DNA of 40,606 nucleotides from a virus: UHGV virus genome UHGV-0346325; one strand, 5' to 3'. Shown piece by piece: positions 35,316 to 40,606 of this stretch (position 1 is its first letter; each line of letters starts with the position of its first letter). The notes under the pieces were generated by a model. It saw only the letters and a program-made list of their open reading frames with translations, ran no database searches and was not told where the DNA came from. The position numbers and the translations under genes were made by a program.

Positions 35316-35840
35316 ATGACAAAGTACCCAACACAAGAATTAAAAAACAAAAGAAAAGCTCATGTGCAATTCATGAGTACAGAGGCAATGAAGAATATTT
35401 ATGAACTAGGCTATCCCTTTGAATACTTCGAAGATAGTTGCCAATTCGCGATTGAAACGCCTGTAGGTGTCATTGATTACTTCGGGATAAATGGCACTTG
35501 GGTGGTCCGCAAAGGACAAGACCGGGGGAAAGGTATACGAAAACTGAAGCAGTATATTAAAAACAGAGTAGGTGATCACGTGGAAAAAGTAAAAGTAGTG
35601 AAATGCGCTGGGTATTTGGATAAAGACGGGAACATCACTAATCAAATTAAGAAGGCGATGCATTTTACAGACGATGAATTAGCGAATCTTGCTGCAGAAG
35701 TGGCAGGTGGAAAGATCGTAAATGTTGTAATTCCACCAGAAAAGCCAAAACAATTACTTGAAGAAGTGAAAGAAGAATCATTTCAAGAAAAACCTAAAAA
35801 GAAAACCAAGAGTAATCAGTCTTGGATGAATAAGAAATAA
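35316..35840 (+). CDS. hypothetical protein, 174 aa
   Basis: ORF overlapping the upstream stop. Confidence 0.4.
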   Translation: MTKYPTQELKNKRKAHVQFMSTEAMKNIYELGYPFEYFEDSCQFAIETPVGVIDYFGINGTWVVRKGQDRGKGIRKLKQYIKNRVGDHVEKVKVVKCAGYLDKDGNITNQIKKAMHFTDDELANLAAEVAGGKIVNVVIPPEKPKQLLEEVKEESFQEKPKKKTKSNQSWMNKK

Positions 35841-35968
35841 TTTGTTGTTTTTTGTAGCGTGATTTAACCGTAGCTAGATTTAAAAACTAGTTTAGGGTAA
35901 TTGATCATAAATGATTTAAAACACCTTAAATCGAAAAATAAAGCGGTGAAATTGTGAGGTAAAAAAGG

Positions 35969-36196
35969 ATGAAATTAACTAGTGTGACATTTAAGTCGTC
36001 GGCTGAACGTTTTCCGCCAATTGTGGCAATAGATTTAGATCAATTAACACCAGATGAATACGTGACACTTAGAAATTTGGGTTATGACACGCAACTTTCC
36101 AAAATTACAAAAAGGACCTTTGAAGAGTTGGAAGGCCATTTGGGAATTCGAGGAGACATTGCAAAGAAAAATGGATTTTATGTATTAGTTAAATAA
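35969..36196 (+). CDS. hypothetical protein, 75 aa
   Basis: RBS AAAAAGG. Confidence 0.4.
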   Translation: MKLTSVTFKSSAERFPPIVAIDLDQLTPDEYVTLRNLGYDTQLSKITKRTFEELEGHLGIRGDIAKKNGFYVLVK

Positions 36197-36251
36197 TCAG
36201 AAAGGAGTGGAGTTTGTGGCCACAGTAAAGAATTCTTTACTCCTTTAAATT

Positions 36252-37205
36252 ATGATACAAATTTTAGAACTATTTGGTGGTATTGGTGCGCCGAGAAAAG
36301 CATTAATAAATTTAGGAATTCCGCACAAATCAATTGATTATGTTGAATGGAATGAAAAAGCAGTACGAAGTTATAACGCTATGTTTGAAAAAGAAATAAA
36401 ATATCAACCGCAATCTGTTGTTGGATGGAATTTGAAGCCAGATATTTTAGTCCATGGTAGCCCTTGTCAAGATTTTTCTATTGGTGGTAAGCAATATGGC
36501 GGTAATGTTGAAGATGGAACAAGAAGTAGCCTGATGTTTGAGACACTTAAAATTATAGAAAACTTTGGTATATGGAAACCTCAAGTAGTAATTTGGGAGA
36601 ATGTTCCAAATGTATTCTCAAAAAAACTAGTTGGAGCGTTCCAAAAATACTTAAGTGATATGGAAAAGCTAGGATATTTTACAACATATAAAATCTTAAA
36701 TGCAATGGATTTTGGTATTCCTCAAAAACGAAAAAGAGTATTTGCTATTAGTAAATTAGATGGTGAACCATTCAATTTTGATCTACTTAAACACAGACCA
36801 CTAAAACCACTGGGAAACTTTCTGGAAGTCACCACTGATCAAAAGTATTTGGTGACACAGCCTAGCATGTTATCAAAGATTAGAAGTAAAAGTAGCTTAG
36901 CAAATGGTTTCAGTGGCAGATTAGAAGTCGTAAACGATTTTGTTTATACGATTACCACGAGACAAGATCGGTGTCCCAATAGCGGTTTGATTGAGTATGA
37001 GAAGAACAAATATAGGATTCTAACTGAAAAAGAGTGCTGGAGGTTAATGGGATTTGATGATGATGATTTTAACAACGCTAAAAAAGCAAACCCTGGAAAA
37101 AACGAAAAGTACAAAAATACGGCACTTTATCATCAAGCGGGAAACAGTATTGTAGTCCCTGTTTTAGAAGCGATTTTTGAATGTTTATTACCAGAAAGTG
37201 AGTGA
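36252..37205 (+). CDS. DNA (cytosine-5)-methyltransferase, orphan (no cognate endonuclease gene in the window)
   Basis: Motif I ELFGGIG, motif IV GSPCQDFS, motif VI ENV and motif X QAGNSIVVPV. Confidence 0.8.
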   Translation: MIQILELFGGIGAPRKALINLGIPHKSIDYVEWNEKAVRSYNAMFEKEIKYQPQSVVGWNLKPDILVHGSPCQDFSIGGKQYGGNVEDGTRSSLMFETLKIIENFGIWKPQVVIWENVPNVFSKKLVGAFQKYLSDMEKLGYFTTYKILNAMDFGIPQKRKRVFAISKLDGEPFNFDLLKHRPLKPLGNFLEVTTDQKYLVTQPSMLSKIRSKSSLANGFSGRLEVVNDFVYTITTRQDRCPNSGLIEYEKNKYRILTEKECWRLMGFDDDDFNNAKKANPGKNEKYKNTALYHQAGNSIVVPVLEAIFECLLPESE

Positions 37206-37354
37206 AGAAGATGATTCCAAAGTTTAGAGCTCATAGCTGTTTTAAGCATCCATTATAGGGGATTGTTCAGAAAGTCTATGATAACTCGATACTCGGTAAA
37301 ATAACTGTTGTTCAACGGAAAGACAAGGAAAATATAAGCGATAGTAACAATCAA

Positions 37355-37600
37355 ATGATTATCAGTAAAAAATATGTACTGAACCAAATTAAGACTAAAA
37401 AAGTAGAGGAGTTTTTGAACATGAGAAAAAATTACAGATTGATTTACAAACAGTGTTTCATGGGTGAAGAATTGCAGGACACAATTATGAAATACAACAA
37501 GACAATTGCTGAGATGGAGCAATCAGTAAATGACTTGTACAGCGATCCTCATGTGTTTAGTGTTCGCTATGAAGAGGTGCAAAATGATACCGAAGTTTAA
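37355..37600 (+). CDS. hypothetical protein, 81 aa
   Basis: ORF. Confidence 0.35.
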   Translation: MIISKKYVLNQIKTKKVEEFLNMRKNYRLIYKQCFMGEELQDTIMKYNKTIAEMEQSVNDLYSDPHVFSVRYEEVQNDTEV

Positions 37601-37636
37601 AGAATGGGATAACCAAGAATTATTGGAGGGAACAGA

Positions 37637-37954
37637 ATGAGTAGATTAAGCAAAATAAACGATTTGGCATTTGATCTTGTGCATGAATATATGGAACCAG
37701 GCAAACAATTTTCTTACGGAAAACAGATATACGATTTATCTGATGAACCAGAACTCAACGAAAATCAGCAGAAATACCTTGAACTATTAAAACGTGCTTA
37801 TAAAAAGTTCGGAAATGTGTATGACGGTATCTTTTTTAGTTTAGTTGATTATGAAAAAAGATGGGGGTTACCTGCTAGAGAGTTCTTTCAAGTGTTAGAT
37901 AGTTTAAAAGTTTGGGTACTGGAACAGGAGGAAGAGGTAACATATGAAATTTAA
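37637..37954 (+). CDS. hypothetical protein, 105 aa
   Basis: RBS GGAGGGAAC. Confidence 0.4.
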   Translation: MSRLSKINDLAFDLVHEYMEPGKQFSYGKQIYDLSDEPELNENQQKYLELLKRAYKKFGNVYDGIFFSLVDYEKRWGLPAREFFQVLDSLKVWVLEQEEEVTYEI

Positions 37955-38156
37955 ACAAGGTGACAAAGTGAAGTATATTGGTACAGCAATTCCCGAATAT
38001 ACTAATCAATTCTTAGTAGTGAAATCAGTATTAGGAAAAGGGTTGATTCTTGAATTTCCTGAGAAAGACAAAAGAAAAGTTGCTATTGAAGGCGGAGGCA
38101 TTTGGAACATGAACTCATTAGTTTGTGGATTTAACGAAGTGGAGGAATCTTGTTGA
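37944..38156 (+). CDS. hypothetical protein, 70 aa
   Basis: RBS GGAGGAAGAGG. Overlaps the upstream stop. Confidence 0.4.
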   Translation: MKFKQGDKVKYIGTAIPEYTNQFLVVKSVLGKGLILEFPEKDKRKVAIEGGGIWNMNSLVCGFNEVEESC

Positions 38157-38335
38157 ATAAACGCCAAAAAAATAAGCAATTCAAAAAGTGGCTAATCGCA
38201 AACGGATATAGCGAAGATGGGAATGTCAGGTGTGTAGAATGCGGTAAAAAAATTGATATGAACGACAAGTGGCAATTAACTTATCAAGCATGTGATTCTA
38301 CTTGTTATGGCAAAGCAATAAATGTATATCCATAG
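38150..38335 (+). CDS. small zinc-ribbon protein, 61 aa (CVEC...C..C)
   Basis: ORF. Confidence 0.35.
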   Translation: MLNKRQKNKQFKKWLIANGYSEDGNVRCVECGKKIDMNDKWQLTYQACDSTCYGKAINVYP

Positions 38336-38346
38336 GAGGGACAGCG

Positions 38347-39081
38347 ATGAATAAACAAGAAAAAGAAGATTTAATTCAAGCGCTCTATGATATTGGAGGA
38401 TGCGAGGCAGAAGATGAATGGGCAAGAGGTTATGACGACGGAGTAAATGCAGCAATTGAGGTCGTAAAAGAGATTAAAGTACAGGAAAAAGCCATTGTTC
38501 CAAAGTTTGTGGCGTATTGGTTCGAAGATAATTTTGAAGAGTTAGATTGGGAACTTGGTGGTGTTTTAATAAATGCTTTTAATACAAATAGAAGTGAGAG
38601 AAGTGATTTTCAAGATTGGCTTGTCGATACCACAAATTATCCAATTGAAACATTGATAAGAATGAAGTTGTTTGGCTACGAAGTCGAGGAAGAGCATTTG
38701 TATTGGGCGGTCAGAGGTGTTACAGATTATTTTAGATGCGACGAGAAAATTATTGTTTTTAAAAAGGAAGAAGAAGCGTTGGAAGTTGCTAATCTCATTG
38801 GTATAAATACAGAAGTTAAAAAAATGAATAGTATCGATTGCTCAGAATGCATATCAATTGAAGAGTTAAGGAATGAAAATGAAGAACCTCTATTTTATGT
38901 TGCTTTACCAAAAATCGGTGACACAGAGTTTTGTTATCTTTGGACTGATACCGATGGAGCTGTATATACACAAGGCAATAAAGGGTTATGCATCGGAAGA
39001 CTGAAACATACAGAACAAGAAATAAAATCGATTGATGAACGTTACTGGCCGTTTGCTGTGAAAGTTGATGGTGGTGAATAG
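38347..39081 (+). CDS. hypothetical phage protein, 244 aa (DUF1642-like?)
   Basis: The ATG at 38347 is preceded by GGAGGG. Recalled N-terminal VPKFVAYWFE motif. Confidence 0.4.
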   Translation: MNKQEKEDLIQALYDIGGCEAEDEWARGYDDGVNAAIEVVKEIKVQEKAIVPKFVAYWFEDNFEELDWELGGVLINAFNTNRSERSDFQDWLVDTTNYPIETLIRMKLFGYEVEEEHLYWAVRGVTDYFRCDEKIIVFKKEEEALEVANLIGINTEVKKMNSIDCSECISIEELRNENEEPLFYVALPKIGDTEFCYLWTDTDGAVYTQGNKGLCIGRLKHTEQEIKSIDERYWPFAVKVDGGE

Positions 39082-39267
39082 ATGAAACGCAACTGGAAAA
39101 GAGCAATAAATAAATTTAGCGGCATTGCAATAATGATTCTTGTAGCAAAAGTAGCCGTGAGCTATTTCATATATGGCAATGACATAACAAGCAGTGACCT
39201 CGTTTATTTCCTTTCATGCTCTTTTATTTTTGGATTAGGGCTATATTTAGGAGGTTCCAGTGTATGA
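39082..39267 (+). CDS. small membrane protein, 61 aa
   Basis: Two hydrophobic segments. Confidence 0.35.
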   Translation: MKRNWKRAINKFSGIAIMILVAKVAVSYFIYGNDITSSDLVYFLSCSFIFGLGLYLGGSSV

Positions 39268-39455
39268 GTTATCCAGAAGTTTATATAATAGGAAGGCAAG
39301 TCGATGGCGTGTATGTTGAGTATTCAGAGCCATATCTTTCAAAAAAAGAAGCTGAATTTGATAAGCATCACTATGAAATGGGCCAATCAATGTCACATGA
39401 TGCTGGCTCTTGGAAAATTTTAAAGTATGGTAGACCGATAACGATAGAAAAATAA
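39264..39455 (+). CDS. hypothetical protein, 63 aa
   Basis: The ATG at 39264 is preceded by GGAGG. Confidence 0.4.
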   Translation: MSYPEVYIIGRQVDGVYVEYSEPYLSKKEAEFDKHHYEMGQSMSHDAGSWKILKYGRPITIEK

Positions 39456-39476
39456 AAAAGACTCATTCAGAGTCTT
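39445..39476 (-). terminator. Rho-independent terminator for the minus-strand 86-aa gene
   Basis: Stem aagactc/gagtctt. On the minus strand it is followed by CTTTTTTATTTTTC. Confidence 0.6.
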
Positions 39477-39723
39477 TAGGGATGATAGAAATACCATGTT
39501 CGGCAAGCTGGTTAGCAAAAGATTGAGTAGTTCTAGCTATGAATTGTGTTTTTAAGAGAGCGTTAAATTCATCACTGTAATTGTCTAGTGATCTACGAAG
39601 TTCATTAAGGCAATCTTTTGGATTATCAGTCAGTTCGATTTCACAGATTGGGAAGTCTAAATCATCTAAAACATCTGAAACAGCAAGTGTCATCACTTCA
39701 TTAAAATTTACAGGGATTTTCAT
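39463..39723 (-). CDS. small acidic protein, 86 aa (net charge about -9), on the opposite strand inside the rightward operon
   Basis: RBS GGAGG on the minus strand (plus-strand cctcc at 39732). Has its own terminator. Confidence 0.5.
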   Translation of the reverse strand: MKIPVNFNEVMTLAVSDVLDDLDFPICEIELTDNPKDCLNELRRSLDNYSDEFNALLKTQFIARTTQSFANQLAEHGISIIPKDSE

Positions 39724-39797
39724 GATATCGCCTCCTAAAGTGACTATAACACAAAATAGAAACGATAAGATATTAATTTAGAGAAATGAGGTGCAAC

Positions 39798-39902
39798 ATG
39801 GGTAAGAAAAAATCAAAAATTAAAAAGAAAAAGCAATTGCTAACGGCACTCAAAATTCTAAAAAATAAAAAAAGTCGGAATCGCTCCGACCAACCACATT
39901 GA
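39798..39902 (+). CDS. possible 34-aa Lys-rich peptide (MGKKKSKIKKKKQLL...)
   Basis: RBS GAGGTG 5 nt upstream. The coding region is A-rich and also contains a minus-strand terminator-like hairpin (gtcgga/tccgac). Confidence 0.2.
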   Translation: MGKKKSKIKKKKQLLTALKILKNKKSRNRSDQPH

Positions 39903-39930
39903 TATTATAACATAAAAGGAGCGATTTAAC

Positions 39931-40347
39931 TTGATTCAATTGTTAAAAGAAGTTGATTTCAGTCAGACTAGAGCCAATGCGAGAGCCGTGTTGAAAAATT
40001 TTAGACGTTTGGACCGAATAGCTGGTCGTTCCTTAGTAGATGTTCGATCACCAATCATTACAGACATGCCAAAAGGTATAAAGCATGGCAACAAAGCAGA
40101 AGATGCGTTGATCCAGATGATTGATGTCGAAGTAGAGCGTGACGCAATCCTAACGGCTTTGATGTCACTAAGCATTATAAGTCGTCAAATTCTTCACTAC
40201 AGTTTTTGCGTGCAGGATCATTACTCTAATTACAAGATTGCTAGAGAAGTTGGCTATTCCGAAAGAAGTATTCAACGCATGAAATCAGAAGCTTTGATTG
40301 AATTCGCGGAAGCTTACCGCAATGGCAAAATAATTGCATATAAATAA
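39931..40347 (+). CDS. ArpU-family late-gene transcriptional activator
   Basis: 138 aa. The C-terminal sigma-70 region-4-like HTH (YKIAREVGYSERSIQRMKSEAL) is typical of ArpU/RinA-type regulators. It is the last gene before the tRNA/terS region. TTG start preceded by AAAGGAGCG. Confidence 0.55.
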   Translation: MIQLLKEVDFSQTRANARAVLKNFRRLDRIAGRSLVDVRSPIITDMPKGIKHGNKAEDALIQMIDVEVERDAILTALMSLSIISRQILHYSFCVQDHYSNYKIAREVGYSERSIQRMKSEALIEFAEAYRNGKIIAYK

Positions 40348-40350
40348 TTT

Positions 40351-40384
40351 TTGGCGGTTTTTTGGCGTAAAGTTGGCGGTTTTT
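40351..40384. repeat. direct repeats TTGGCGGTTTTT(T) x2 with an intervening TTGGCG
   Basis: Copies at 40351, 40362 and 40373, directly downstream of the arpU stop. Confidence 0.5.
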
Positions 40385-40412
40385 ATACGAATTTGAATGC
40401 TAATATAGTAAT

Positions 40413-40481
40413 ATCGAAAGTCAAAGAAATGGACACATTACACACTTTCTCGTTTAGTCATCGTTCACTTTGACTTTCGAT
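40413..40481. repeat. perfect 14-bp inverted repeat ATCGAAAGTCAAAG...CTTTGACTTTCGAT with 41-nt spacer
   Basis: Seen at 40413-40426 and 40468-40481. Confidence 0.5.
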
Positions 40482-40568
40482 GGTCACTTGCAGACTTACG
40501 TTCTCAATAAAATGAAGTGAGGTGAATAACCTCCTCTTTTTTCTACAAGTTTGCAAGGGACACGTTAA

Positions 40569-40606
40569 TGGAATATAGCTCAGTTGGTAGAGCATACGAC
40601 TGTTAA
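40569..40606 (+). tRNA. tRNA-Asn (anticodon GTT), 5' portion (positions 1-38), truncated by the window end
   Basis: Acceptor TGGAATA, then TA, D-arm GCTC/AGTTGGTA/GAGC, anticodon stem TACGA and loop CTGTTAA with GTT at positions 34-36. Confidence 0.7.

Noticed and set aside
1-40606. Interpretation as an integrated prophage bounded by attL/attR within a host tRNA-Asn
   Set aside because: int and the arm-repeat attP-like region are in the middle of the window, not adjacent to either end. The two tRNA fragments are complementary halves of one gene rather than a duplicated 3' segment.
1-40606. CRISPR arrays, rRNA genes, IS elements or transposases
   Set aside because: No direct-repeat/spacer arrays, rRNA-like segments, inverted-repeat-flanked transposase ORFs or DDE-motif proteins were seen. 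The only recombinase is the tyrosine integrase.

Overview
The window reads as a complete temperate siphovirus genome of low-GC Firmicutes origin. An Enterococcus/Lactobacillales host is a guess from the endolysin architecture and GC content.

Gene order, left to right:
- 1-35: 3' part of a tRNA-Asn(GTT) gene, followed by a terminator.
- 203-1208: two moron ORFs.
- 1255-21306: terS and terL, portal, minor head protein, three small ORFs, scaffold, major capsid, four head-tail connector/completion genes, major tail protein, an Ig-like domain protein, G/T tail chaperones with a canonical -1 slippery site, tape measure, Dit, Tal with His-x-His repeats, a small ORF, tail fibre, holin and amidase endolysin.
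- 21350-25214: AT-rich accessory block. It holds two small peptides, an HTH protein, a single-pass membrane protein, a YolD-like ORF with a consensus promoter, a polytopic GT-C-like membrane protein and an 82-aa ORF.
- 25290-25530: an attP-like region with phased arm-type repeats immediately 3' of the tyrosine integrase.
- 26728-29616: minus-strand lysogeny module with a DUF4352-like lipoprotein, a small basic protein, an Ltp-type superinfection-exclusion lipoprotein, an ImmA protease and the cI repressor.
- 29617-31073: operator/promoter switch, cro, a palindromic site, an antirepressor and an 82-aa hypothetical ORF.
- 31095-35840: small ORFs, an Erf-like annealing protein, a DUF1351-like protein, a Cys-rich protein, a DnaD-like replisome organiser with embedded iterons and a 174-aa hypothetical ORF.
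- 35969-40347: a hypothetical ORF, an orphan C5 cytosine methyltransferase, several small ORFs, one opposite-strand acidic ORF, and an ArpU-type late activator.
- 40351-40606: a repeat-rich non-coding region, then the 5' part of the same tRNA-Asn.

The first 35 and last 38 bases join into one perfect tRNA-Asn cloverleaf, so the molecule is most likely circular or permuted and was opened inside the anticodon loop.

Three features stood out:
- A programmed -1 frameshift at the end of the major tail gene, with a homologous short extension also present after the major capsid gene.
- The candidate exclusion/defence morons in the lysogeny module and the accessory block.
- The orphan MTase plus the antisense acidic ORF as candidate anti-defence genes.

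No CRISPR array, rRNA or transposase was found.
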